Shown here: one piece after another, positions 52,201-58,764 of the stretch
Position numbering within the stretch: the first letter of the stretch is position 1
Layout of the letters: each line of letters begins with the position of its first letter
Source: Octopus bimaculoides
Lineage: Eukaryota
Assembly (NCBI RefSeq): GCF_001194135.2
Contig: NC_068996.1
Coordinates: 38,607,510-38,671,509 of the forward strand
Direction: 5' to 3'
DNA: 64,000 nucleotides
Position numbers and translations under genes: made by a program
The notes under the pieces: generated by a model
Database searches by the model: none
Told to the model about the DNA's origin: nothing
The model's input: only the letters and a program-made list of their open reading frames with translations

Positions 52201-55200
52201 AATACAGGTCAATGGTGCTCTTACCTGGTATTTCAATATTTCAGGATTGTCTGTGGAGAAAAGGTGTTGATAGCTGATGTCTCCCAGCTATTCTTTTACT
52301 TGTTTCAATCATTTGACTGCAGCCATGCTGGAGCACTGCCTTTACTCAAACAAATCAACCCAGGACTTATTCTTTGTAAGCCTGGTACTTATTCTATCAA
52401 TCTCTTTTGCAGAACTAAATTACAGGGACATAAACATACCAACATCAGTTGTCAAGTGATGGTGGGGGGGACAAACAAACTTATACAATGGGCTTCTTTC
52501 AGTTTCCGTCTACCAAATCCACTCACAAGGCTTTGGTTGACCCAAGGCTATAGTAGTAGACATTTGCCCAAGGTGCCACACAGTGGGACTGAACCTGGAA
52601 CCATGTGGTTGAGAAGCAAGCTTTTTACCACACCTGCGCCAATACCTTTTCTCTAGATTTCCAGAAGGAGTCCTAACCCTGAAATATTGAAATATCAGGA
52701 TTAATTTCTTTTTATGTATAACTTACATTGTTTTAGCTTTATAAAAAGAAATATTTAAAACATACATATACAAAGCTTCATGAAAACAATACTACTCTGT
52801 TAATATAATTTATTTTAAAATATTAGAAGCTAATTCATAATTTAGTTCAAATACCTAAGAATTACTGACTGCTATATTTTTAATGTTTCATTGGTACTAA
52901 ATGCCAATTTTATTGATCTTGAATTTGAACTTGTAACATATGTAACTAAACTAAATTCAGAGTTTACTTTCCATTCAATGTCTTATTTTATTTTAAATCC
53001 TTATTGTTTTTCATTCTAAATTTAAAAGACTGGAATTTTTGTAGTTGAATTATTTTTCTTTACTAAAGTAGCACGATTGACATCATTCATCAACAGTTGG
53101 GATCAAAGCTAGATATTGATCTGCTTACCATGAGCTTATTTATTATCTGGAGCCTCTTTTTAAGTTTAAATTTTTTTTTCCTTTTTTATTTTTCAGGAAG
53201 TCACATTAGACAATGTCGAAGAATATGTGACCCTTGTAACTGATTTTTGTTTCAACACAGGAATTCAGCGACAGATGGAAGCCTTTAAAAGTAATTTGAC
53301 ATATTCTAGTTTTTGTTCTTTTTTTTGTTCTTTTTTTTCTTTTTTTTACACCATACTAACATGGATTAGGCAAGACTTCTGTGGACTGTTGCTAGCACTT
53401 ATTTGTTTCCCTTACCTTTTAAATCATGAACTGCTCAGCATCTAGACATGTTTTAACAGTAGATATAATAAATGACAAAACACAGAAGTTTCTGTCCAAT
53501 TTCCATCTATCAGTTTCATATGCAAGGCATTGGTCAACCTTCAGTCTTATAAAAATATATATGAGAGGCATTGGTATCTAGAAGACCCGAGGTGGCAGGT
53601 AAGGCTATGTAAGTGCTACGAGAGGACCATAGTTACACCCTCAGTTCAATAATAATACAAGTGAGGAATCTAATGCATGTCTTATGTGGGCATGTATATG
53701 TTAAATAAAATGAGACAACAAAACCAAGGCTGTGTGGAATTTATAGGACATTTATAAAGAGAAAGGTAGTTTTGCAGCTGTATCTGGGATATTAGGGATA
53801 TCCCTTCATCAGAGACAATATGAGAGAGTTAACTAGAGGGAAATAGAGTTCAATATAAAGCGTTATATTGAACTCTACTATTTTTAAATGTCCTATAAAT
53901 TCCACATAGCGTTTGGTTTTGTTGTCTCGTTTTATTTAATACATACATAGATATATATACACACACACGCACACACACATATACACGCACACATATATAT
54001 ATATATATAACAGAGAATGAACCCAATTGAAACAAACTTCATAATTCCACACAGCCTTGGTTTTGTCGTCTCGTTTCATTTAATATATATATATAACAAA
54101 GAGAATGAACCCAGTTGAAGCAAACTTCATAACTACAGCAAAATCTATACCGCAAACAAAAATAACTTTTTAATAGAATTGGTGTTGATTAGTGTCCTAG
54201 TTTTTTTTATTCCATTACGATATGCATCAGGGCTGCTACACATGGACAAACCTGAATTAGATAGCACACCTGTTGTTTATCTAAGCATATAAATGGCATA
54301 ATTTATGATTAGTCTGGTACAGTTGGTCCATCTCCTGAACCAAGATAGAAGATTGGCTCTCAACCTGCTAGAAATAGATGCAAGGTTTCCTTCAAAACAC
54401 ATCCTATCTTTATAACAGGGGAAGAACATCTAGGGGACTGTGGTACTAGATATCCATAAAAAAAAATTACTCTCCCATTTTATCTACATAAAACAGTTCT
54501 ATTGTTGCAACATCATTTGTCTGATCTGGTACTATATTGATGTGGTCTGGATGAGTGTAGCATAATGAGTACATGTAAGAATTGGCTTCCAAATGTTTGA
54601 TCAAATATCTTTGTCATAGGTTATTTTGTTGGAGCTAGTTGGTGCTCTGCAGTTATTTAATCCACACGTTTTTTTAAACCTAACAACTATTCTATTTTAG
54701 ATGGATTTGATCTGGTTTTCTCTATGGAAAAATTATTATTCAACCCTATGGAGTTGTCATCCTTACTTTGTGGTGACCAAGCACCAACATGGACAAAAGA
54801 AGATATTCTAAATTACACAGAGCCAAAACTAGGCTATACAAAAGATAGGTCAGTTATTTTTTTCATATTTTTAATTTTTTGCTTTTCCAATTTTTTTACA
54901 TTTTAATTTAAACTATTGCATGTTTTAAATACAATTACTTCCAATAGCGAATCTTTTTTCTTTTTCTTTTTTGTAGCCCTGGATTCCAAAGATTTATTAA
55001 TGTCTTATTAATGCTGACGTCTGATGAAAGAAAATCATTCCTGCAGTTCACTACCGGTTGTTCTTCTTTGCCACCTGGTGGCTTGGCTAACCTGCATCCA
55101 AGGTTGACTGTTGTTCGTAAAGTAGATGGAAATGATAATAGTTATCCATCTGTGAATACGTGTGTCCATTATTTGAAATTACCAGAGTATTCTACAGAAG

Positions 55201-55259
55201 AAATATTAAAGGAACGTTTGCTGATAGCAACAAGAGAAAAGGGGTTCCACTTGAACTGA
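7864..55259 (+). CDS. HECTD1: E3 ubiquitin-protein ligase HECTD1 (Ufd4), spliced multi-exon CDS, 5'-partial; 42 visible exons, ~2,350 codons
   Basis: Exon translations run colinearly along recalled human HECTD1 from [10 protein letters not shown] to ...EKGFHLN*. Visible splice sites are GT/AG with compatible phases. The visible exons sum to 7057 nt, so the gap must hide 3n+2 exonic nt. Confidence 0.97.
8441..8650. mobile_element. Tc1/mariner-type MITE (210 bp, TA TSD)
   Basis: TA|TGAGGGGATGTTGAAAAGTTCCTGGCTTTA ... TAAAAGCTAGAAAATTTTTTGCACCCCCTCA|TA; imperfect ~30-bp TIRs. Confidence 0.8.
10042..10379 (+). CDS. HECTD1: HECTD1 exon 2
   Basis: ttccag|GTGTCT...GAAAG|gttagt; [27 protein letters not shown]...LKGDE; phase 0-2. 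Confidence 0.96.
11977..12224 (+). CDS. HECTD1: HECTD1 exon 3
   Basis: tttcag|ATGTTG...AATG|gtatac; [24 protein letters not shown]...[23 protein letters not shown]; phase 2-1. Confidence 0.95.
13810..14496. mobile_element. Mutator-like (MULE) foldback non-autonomous element, 9-bp TSD AATTGAAGC
   Basis: AATTGAAGC at 13801-13809 and 14497-14505; arms of ~200 bp or more are inverted copies, including a perfect 28-bp match 13966-13993 / 14288-14315. Confidence 0.75.
16187..16219. repeat. (CA)n microsatellite
   Basis: Direct inspection. Confidence 0.95.
16420..16690 (-). mobile_element. SINE family A
   Basis: TCATTTGACTGGCTGTGCTGGGGCACTGCC...TTTCAGTTTCTGTCTACCAAATCCACTCATAAGGC. Confidence 0.8.
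17758..17834 (+). CDS. HECTD1: HECTD1 exon 4 (ankyrin repeat)
   Basis: ttctag|GCTTTG...GATATG|gtacat; [25 protein letters not shown]; phase 1-0. Confidence 0.95.
18000..18058. repeat. Compound (TG)n(TA)n microsatellite
   Basis: Direct inspection. Confidence 0.95.
18408..18506 (+). CDS. HECTD1: HECTD1 exon 5 (ankyrin repeat)
   Basis: tgctag|GTTGAA...GTAAAG|gttatt; [33 protein letters not shown]; phase 0-0. Confidence 0.95.
18680..18803 (+). CDS. HECTD1: HECTD1 exon 6 (ankyrin repeat)
   Basis: atttag|ACTTTA...CCAG|gtaaat; [41 protein letters not shown]; phase 0-1. Confidence 0.95.
19780..19789. other. Assembly gap (10 N) over a splice acceptor and exon start
   Basis: Run of N directly after a pyrimidine tract ending in 'ta' and before an open HECTD1 frame. 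Confidence 0.98.
19790..19962 (+). CDS. HECTD1: HECTD1 exon 7 (5' end hidden in the N gap at 19780-19789)
   Basis: Open frame [57 protein letters not shown], then AG|gtaatt. The pyrimidine tract ends ...catttccta[N]. Confidence 0.9.
20067..20208 (+). CDS. HECTD1: HECTD1 exon 8
   Basis: ctgaag|GAAAGCC...AATGAA|gtaagt; [13 protein letters not shown]...[10 protein letters not shown]; phase 2-0. Confidence 0.94.
21108..21263 (+). CDS. HECTD1: HECTD1 exon 9
   Basis: ttgtag|GAAGAT...GAGAAG|gtttgt; [32 protein letters not shown]...; phase 0-0. Confidence 0.93.
21490..21718 (+). CDS. HECTD1: HECTD1 exon 10
   Basis: tttcag|GAGGAG...TCTG|gtaggg; [69 protein letters not shown]; phase 0-1. Confidence 0.96.
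21822..21997 (+). CDS. HECTD1: HECTD1 exon 11
   Basis: ctacag|AAAACC...CAACAG|gtaaat; [15 protein letters not shown]...IHNSDGQQ; phase 1-0. Confidence 0.95.
22383..22550 (+). CDS. HECTD1: HECTD1 exon 12
   Basis: aaacag|CAATCC...ATGAAA|gtaatt; [38 protein letters not shown]...; phase 0-0. Confidence 0.94.
22982..23119 (+). CDS. HECTD1: HECTD1 exon 13
   Basis: ttttag|GTAAGG...ATAAAA|gtaagt; [31 protein letters not shown]...; phase 0-0. Confidence 0.93.
23200..23410 (+). mobile_element. piggyBac-type MITE, right end degenerate
   Basis: TTAACCCTTTAACATTTAAACTGGCCATATC...; colinear with 34028-34248. Confidence 0.7.
23467..23613 (+). CDS. HECTD1: HECTD1 exon 14
   Basis: ttttag|TCCCCT...AATAAT|gtaatt; ...[35 protein letters not shown]; phase 0-0. 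Confidence 0.9.
24453..24541 (+). CDS. HECTD1: HECTD1 exon 15
   Basis: ttgcag|AATGTT...GAAGG|gtgagt; [29 protein letters not shown]; phase 0-2. Confidence 0.88.
24679..24790 (+). CDS. HECTD1: HECTD1 exon 16
   Basis: ttccag|AGGTTT...TTACAG|gtaagt; [37 protein letters not shown]; phase 2-0. Confidence 0.95.
24825..25435 (-). pseudogene. Decayed CR1/L2-type LINE 3' fragment (RT C-terminal region)
   Basis: Minus-strand fragments with stops and frameshifts resemble ...LYK.Q....EYCSHIW...RIQNRA...LFYHIY...FLPRTS. Inserted in the exon 16-17 intron. Confidence 0.55.
25490..25624 (+). CDS. HECTD1: HECTD1 exon 17
   Basis: ttttag|ATCCTT...AAGATG|gtaaga; [32 protein letters not shown]...YLLKM; phase 0-0. 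Confidence 0.96.
25795..25937 (+). CDS. HECTD1: HECTD1 exon 18
   Basis: ctttag|GTTGCC...GCTAA|gtaatt; [13 protein letters not shown]...[15 protein letters not shown]; phase 0-2. Confidence 0.96.
27436..27579 (+). CDS. HECTD1: HECTD1 exon 19 (SUN/Sad1-UNC domain)
   Basis: atatag|AACTGC...GATAA|gtaaat; [36 protein letters not shown]...; phase 2-2. Confidence 0.96.
27596..27935 (-). mobile_element. SINE family A, well preserved
   Basis: TTTTACTTGTTTCAGTCATTTGACTG...GAACCATGTGGTTGGGAAGCAAGCTTCTTACCACACAGC; begins ~17 nt after the exon 19 donor. Confidence 0.85.
28114..28194 (+). CDS. HECTD1: HECTD1 exon 20 (SUN domain)
   Basis: ttgcag|GAAAGC...GGAAG|gtgagt; [26 protein letters not shown]; phase 2-2. 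Confidence 0.95.
28792..28890 (+). CDS. HECTD1: HECTD1 exon 21 (SUN domain)
   Basis: ttttag|ATCAGC...CCTGG|gtaaga; [32 protein letters not shown]; phase 2-2. Confidence 0.96.
29544..29707 (+). CDS. HECTD1: HECTD1 exon 22 (SUN domain)
   Basis: ttttag|ATCTAC...ATAG|gtaagt; STASWP...[20 protein letters not shown]...; phase 2-1. Confidence 0.96.
29991..30167 (+). CDS. HECTD1: HECTD1 exon 23 (MIB-HERC2 domain)
   Basis: cttaag|GCAAAG...AATG|gttagt; [15 protein letters not shown]...[31 protein letters not shown]; phase 1-1. Confidence 0.96.
30705..30886 (+). CDS. HECTD1: HECTD1 exon 24 (MIB-HERC2 end); alternative donor after 30808
   Basis: tttag|GCTGGG; [34 protein letters not shown]; phase-0 donors at 30808/9 (AAG|gtgaga) and 30886/7 (AAG|gtattt). 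Confidence 0.88.
31353..31478 (+). CDS. HECTD1: HECTD1 exon 25 (Ser-rich linker)
   Basis: atccag|GTGAGC...AAAAAT|gtaagt; [42 protein letters not shown]; 126 nt, phase 0-0. Confidence 0.88.
32282..32770. mobile_element. Head-to-head pair of SINE family A copies (minus 32282-32420, plus 32432-32770)
   Basis: Both contain the head segment GGTTCAG...GGGCAAG...CTACTATA...GGAAATTGAAAG in opposite orientation. Confidence 0.8.
33552..33820 (-). mobile_element. SINE family A
   Basis: CCTGTTTCGGTCATTGGACT...TTTCCGTCTACCAAAT...GTGGGACTGAACCCAGAACC. Confidence 0.75.
34028..34450 (+). mobile_element. piggyBac-type MITE (34028-34248, TTAA TSD) plus a tandem second copy lacking its left TIR
   Basis: TTAA|CCCTTTAGCATT...AATGCTAAAGGG|TTAA; second unit ends GAATGCTAAAGGGTTA at 34450. 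Confidence 0.85.
36118..36264 (+). CDS. Candidate in-frame cassette exon of HECTD1 (49 aa)
   Basis: ttctctttattgttacag|TTATTA...TTGGGG|gtgagc; 147 nt, no stop, phase 0-0 like both neighbours; TGCATG at 36311-36316. Confidence 0.6.
36478..37550. mobile_element. Possible old piggyBac-like non-autonomous element
   Basis: TTAA|TCCTTTCGTTGCTA ... GGTATTGAAAGGG|TTAA; TIRs diverged. Confidence 0.4.
37626..37771 (+). repeat. Tandem duplication of a ~72-75-bp unit
   Basis: ATTAAATTTCTG...ATTCATTTG.AAAAT.CTCTTGAATTTT..TCATT.GGC...GTATATACA, twice. Confidence 0.75.
40500..40705 (-). mobile_element. tRNA-derived SINE (family D), degenerate
   Basis: GGACTGGAGCAACGTGAAATAAAGTGTCTTGCTCAAG...CCCTAACCACTAAGCCA (reverse-oriented tRNA-like head). 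Confidence 0.6.
41607..41832 (+). CDS. HECTD1: HECTD1 exon 26 (linker)
   Basis: ttaaag|GCTGCG...AGGG|gtaagc; [16 protein letters not shown]...KVEKRR; phase 0-1. Confidence 0.85.
41902..42357. mobile_element. MITE, 456 bp, 27-bp TIRs, 8-bp TSD (hAT/Merlin-type)
   Basis: GGTGGAATTCTGCTTCAAGTACGCCAT / ATGGTGTGCTTAAAGCAGAATTCCACC (3 mismatches); flanks TACAAATC / CACAAATC. Confidence 0.85.
42603..42899 (+). CDS. HECTD1: HECTD1 exon 27 (linker)
   Basis: ataag|GTACAG...CCTA|gtaagt; contains MSVSVPNL...SMESF (cf. human SSASVPNL...SLESF); phase 1-1. Confidence 0.87.
43419..43702 (+). CDS. HECTD1: HECTD1 exon 28
   Basis: ctttag|GTAACC...GTGATG|gtgagc; [11 protein letters not shown]...[25 protein letters not shown], then an acidic run; phase 1-0. 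Confidence 0.93.
44605..44761 (+). CDS. HECTD1: HECTD1 exon 29
   Basis: ttacag|GAAGAT...CCTG|gtatgt; [38 protein letters not shown]; phase 0-1. Confidence 0.96.
44898..45350. mobile_element. Head-to-head SINE family A pair (minus ~44898-45140, plus ~45150-45350), diverged
   Basis: Opposite-orientation heads meet near 45145. Confidence 0.6.
45460..45650 (-). mobile_element. SINE family B
   Basis: TTTTAAATTTTGGC.CATGGCCAGCAATTT...GAAAGGA...AGGCAAGG...; matches the copy at 57470-57665. Confidence 0.75.
45936..46024 (+). CDS. HECTD1: HECTD1 exon 30
   Basis: aattag|GTTCTG...ACAGGG|gtacgc; [29 protein letters not shown]; phase 1-0. Confidence 0.88.
46273..46403 (+). CDS. HECTD1: HECTD1 exon 31
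   Basis: (ta)n-tag|ATGGAT...TACAT|gtatga; ...IFKYVQQL...[11 protein letters not shown]; phase 0-2. Confidence 0.92.
46751..46802 (+). CDS. HECTD1: HECTD1 exon 32
   Basis: ttccag|AATAAC...TCAACT|gtaagt; [17 protein letters not shown]; phase 2-0. Confidence 0.88.
47192..47895 (+). mobile_element. Stack of family-C retroelement copies ((GAT)n tail; GGTTGGCATTAGGAAGGGCATCCAGC motif)
   Basis: Short minus-oriented tail at ~47192, plus copy ending AAACGATGAT at ~47500, younger CpG-rich copy ending AAACGATGATGATGATGAT at ~47895. Confidence 0.8.
47951..48131 (+). CDS. HECTD1: HECTD1 exon 33
   Basis: ttttag|GATTGC...ACAG|gtaatt; ...[13 protein letters not shown]... (cf. human SCGVEDVLQLL); phase 0-1. 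Confidence 0.88.
48762..48841 (+). CDS. HECTD1: HECTD1 exon 34
   Basis: ttccag|ACCATA...ATACAG|gtaagt; [19 protein letters not shown]; phase 1-0. Confidence 0.93.
49280..49407 (+). CDS. HECTD1: HECTD1 exon 35
   Basis: tctaag|GACCCA...TCAAG|gtaaga; [42 protein letters not shown]; phase 0-2. Confidence 0.96.
49601..49799 (+). CDS. HECTD1: HECTD1 exon 36
   Basis: ctacag|AGCTAT...TTAGAA|gtaagt; AIVWLQN...[15 protein letters not shown]...RKSILE; phase 2-0. Confidence 0.96.
50040..50177 (+). CDS. HECTD1: HECTD1 exon 37 (HECT N-lobe)
   Basis: ttgcag|ATTGAA...CGTGAG|gtgaat; [27 protein letters not shown]; phase 0-0. Confidence 0.96.
50366..50958 (+). CDS. HECTD1: HECTD1 exon 38 (HECT N-lobe)
   Basis: ttttag|GTTGAT...CTTGG|gtaatt; [15 protein letters not shown]...[19 protein letters not shown]...RLEDL; 593 nt, phase 0-2. 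Confidence 0.96.
51495..51573 (+). CDS. HECTD1: HECTD1 exon 39 (HECT)
   Basis: tgccag|CTTGAC...GAACAG|gtcggt; [26 protein letters not shown]; phase 2-0. Confidence 0.94.
51820..52204 (+). mobile_element. SINE family A, full length
   Basis: GGCACCAGCATGGTATGTGGTAATAAGCTTGCTTCCC...GGTGCTCCAGCATGGCTGCAGTCAAATGACTGAATCAAATAAAAGAATA. Confidence 0.88.
52289..52640 (-). mobile_element. SINE family A, full length, inverted relative to 51820-52204
   Basis: TATTCTTTTACTTGTTTCAATCATTTGACTGCAGCCATGCTGGAGCAC...AAGCAAGCTTTTTACCACACCTGCGCC. Confidence 0.88.
53197..53290 (+). CDS. HECTD1: HECTD1 exon 40 (HECT)
   Basis: tttcag|GAAGTC...AAAA|gtaatt; [31 protein letters not shown]; phase 0-1. Confidence 0.95.
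53691..54145. repeat. Inverted plus tandem repeat complex with a perfect 15-bp stem-loop
   Basis: Arm 53701-53754 is inverted to 53885-53939 and to 54043-54082; hairpin TAGAGTTCAATATAA-agcg-TTATATTGAACTCTA at 53844-53877; (CA)/(TA) tract inside. Confidence 0.85.
54701..54848 (+). CDS. HECTD1: HECTD1 exon 41 (HECT)
   Basis: ttttag|ATGGAT...GATAG|gtcagt; [11 protein letters not shown]...[27 protein letters not shown]; phase 1-2. Confidence 0.95.
54977..55259 (+). CDS. HECTD1: HECTD1 terminal coding exon (HECT C-lobe; catalytic Cys codon 55161-55163)
   Basis: ttgtag|CCCTGG...; [28 protein letters not shown]...[17 protein letters not shown]...EKGFHLN TGA. Confidence 0.97.
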
Positions 55260-56391
55260 ACAAGAACTTTAAAAGGGCCCTATTACCAGTGTCTAAACTG
55301 TGCCAGTAAATACTGGTTTATTTAAAAACTGTACCAAATAAAAGGGACAACTGTCTGGCCCGTTGCTGAGATTTGGCAGATTTGATTTAGGATTAAGCAA
55401 ATTTGGATCTTTCATACAGGAGAGAATTTTTCTAGTAAGTTGTTCAAGAAAGTAAAAAAAAAAAAAAGAAAGAAAAAGAAAAAAATCTGTGAAAACATTT
55501 TATTTATTTATTTATTTATCCCATTTTTTTTTTCCAGTCTATTTTGTGATCAACTTTCCAAAATTTCAATTGATTCCTTTATACTGAAATAGCATTTTTA
55601 AATGTAAAACAAGTTATAATAAAGTCGAATTTCTCAATTTCAGGTTAGTTTGGTAATGAGTCCAGAGTTATATTTTCCTTTTCTTTTTTTTTTTTTTAGT
55701 ATTGGATGCATTAAGACATTAATACAATTTTATGGACTTTGCAATAAAAGAGAAGATAAACTTTCATATATCAATTTTGAATTTGTTCGTAAACGGTTAA
55801 TTTCTCACATTCTTATTTATTCTCAATAATTTAATATAGTAACCAAAGAAATTTGGGGTGCAACTCTGGGAAGTTTTGCTTGATATTGGCATTTTTTTAT
55901 TATTCAAATTTAGGAAAATAATTTTAATCTTGTATATTTTTAAATAATAAAAAGTTAATCTTGTTATTGTAAGAAATATTGATCATTGTAGCATTTAAAC
56001 AAAATACATCTTAAAATTTCCACATAAGTTTATATATTTTGAGATGAAAAGCTACTTTAGTATCATCAATTCTTGATTGCCTTCTTTGAAACACATTAAG
56101 TTAATTTTTAGTCAGTTCATAAAGCTAAATTGTTATTGATAAAATTATTATTTTTAAACTTCATTTTCTTTTTGTAATGAAAGGTCATGAATTTTTCCTG
56201 TTCTATCAAGTTAATGTAAAATTGCTTGCTCAATACCAGCATTCAAATATTGGTGTAGTTGTCGTCTTTAATCTGCATCTTTTAAATGATATCTGCTTTC
56301 AAACAAGTTTAATCTTTTAGATCTCACCATCATCCCTCACTTGTTCTGTATAATAAATGCTGCCTTTTTATTCATGCCATGATGCCTTTTG

Positions 56392-56427
<36 letters not shown>

Positions 56428-56707
56428 ATATATGTATATATGTATATATTAACAACTCCAATTTTTGTCCATTTACTTGATCCAAAATTATTTCTGCATG
56501 ATGGAAACCTTTTTGAGAGCTGTGCTCATGTCTCACAGTGAAGTAATATGAATGTTATTGAAGGACTTTGACCAAAGCTGCCATATTAGAAAGGTCCCTT
56601 GTCCCATTTCAACCTTGAAACTAAAAGGATTTTGTATTACAGTGTTGACTATTTTCATCTTCTTTCCTTGTGATATAAATGTGATATAAAATACATTTTC
56701 TGTTTAA

Positions 56708-56925
56708 CCCTTCAGCATTCATATTTCTCTGCCGAATGTAATGCTTATTTGTTTGTTGTTTTGAGTTATTCATGCATTAATCTTGTATCTTCAAGATTTC
56801 ATGATGTGATTGGTTATTTTTAGAATTACATTGTAGGGTCAGTGTGACAGGTCAGATCTGACCAGTTTGAGCATAAAAAAGATAGAATAGTTGGGCCAGA
56901 TATGACTGGTTTAAATGCTAAAGGG
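56708..56925 (-). mobile_element. piggyBac-type MITE, complete, TTAA TSD, in the putative 3'UTR
   Basis: TTAA|CCCTTCAGCATT...AATGCTAAAGGG|TTAA; internal sequence is the reverse complement of the 34028 copy. Confidence 0.85.
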
Positions 56926-57469
56926 TTAAAACAAGTTTTTCCTTCAGACAAGTAAGATGAAACGCTTGGAATGTTATAAATAAAGTAGTCTAATTTCTTT
57001 AGAGAATTTACATAATTTAAGTACAATAAAAACCAAAATACTGGGTGAAACTTTTTTTTTTTACTTTTCAGGTTTAGAATAATTTGAGGCTTTATTATAT
57101 TATCTTATATCCAGGTTTTTCTCTTTAATACACATTTATGGAAGGGAAAATTAGTAAAATGTGCCAAGTTTTTCTTTTTTATTCAAATTGAATGGCAAAG
57201 AATGGACAATCTACATGCCGTTATCAGTAAATGCCTGTTTTCTAAATTATCATAGAATAAACGAGTAATGAATAATTTGTCTGTAACTTCTTGCAACCTC
57301 TTGACTTAATTTTTCAATTCTATTTAGTCATCTGTGTGTATCTCTATTTCAACAGATTGGTTAGTATAATGGTGATAGATGTCTTTGTAAGTCAATTAAA
57401 TCATAAGATTACTATGAACTGTTTGCTTTTTATTAAATAAAATTTCATTGGTTACTTGATACATATATT

Positions 57470-57665
57470 GGTTTCAAATTTTGGCACATGGCCAGCAATT
57501 TTGGGGTAGGGGTAAGTTGGTTATATTGACATCCCACCTCCACCGCTGAAAGGATGAAAAAAAGGCAAAAATCAACCACTGTGGCATTTTGAACTCAGAA
57601 TGTGAAGTCAGTAGAAATGCTGCCAAGCATTTTGCAATGATTTTTGCCAGCTTGCCACCTTACTT
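57470..57665 (-). mobile_element. SINE family B
   Basis: TTTCAAATTTTGGCACATGGCCAGCAATTTTGGGG...GAAAGGATGAAA...GGCAAA...GAACTCAGAA. Confidence 0.75.
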
Positions 57666-58764
57666 GATACATATATTAAACAGCATCTTGTAAATCTTTT
57701 ACACTGTATAACCTATAATGCTTTTTTAATCATAGCAATAATGGCCTAATACTTCAAATATAAACTGTTATTGAAAATATGTATTTAAAAAAAAAATTTA
57801 TCAGAAGTTTTCAGTTTTAGTATGCTTTTCCAATATTATCTTAAAAACCATTTGACTTTTATAATCTTTATAATGGATATATTTATAGTTTGTCATTGAA
57901 CAGTGGCCAAGCTGGATTACCAGCTTTAAAGATATAGTTAATTACATCAGCCAATGTACTTGATTTGTATTTAATCAACTTAGGAAAGATGAAAGTCAGT
58001 TGACCTGGATGGGGTCAAGGAATGCAACCAAATAACAAGCTATTTTATTCACTCTACCCATTCTTCCAGACTCTGCCATCTAATATATATTCACGCACAT
58101 GAATACTATATCTAGAGATATTAACTACTTTAAATTTGGGCAGGATATAGAGATGAAGAAAGAAAAGTTGCTTATTAAATTTTTTGTACCTAAATTTAGG
58201 TGTGCCATTGAATGTCTACAGTGTGAAATATTGTGTCTGTATGCATGTGTGAATGTTTGCAAAAACACTTACTCTTGTTTTTCTGATTAAATGGATTATG
58301 AACTTAGATAATGCATTGCCTCTTTAAAAATTTTGTGAATTAAAAAAAAAAGTTTTTTTTTATATAATTGTGAGTGAATTTCTTAGAGGGATTAGAGTAT
58401 GTAAACTGTTGCTCTTTTTTGCATTGCAGTATGACTGTTATCCCTTCTGTGCTTTGGTCAAAGAATAGTAAAGTTCCTTCAGTTCATTTTGTAATTCATA
58501 TGTAATCCTTTTCAACTTTGTAGCACAGCGATAAACATGATGGAATGACACTGTTGTCTTTGCGGTACTAAACCTATTGTGATAGGATAAATAATAATTT
58601 TGCTGAGGATTTTTGGCAGCGTTAGTTTTATTTTACTGTGATTTATTTGCAAAAATGTTCTGTTCAGTTGCATGCACCAAATGGTGAGTGCTTGCTAATA
58701 TAAAGACTTGGAAAACAAAAAAAATTAAAGATTTTCAAGAAATATTTTAAAAAATGTACAAAAA

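Noticed and set aside
55257-55270. Stop-codon readthrough of HECTD1
   Set aside because: The context is TGA-A, not the leaky TGA-C, and HECT ligases need a fixed C-terminus.
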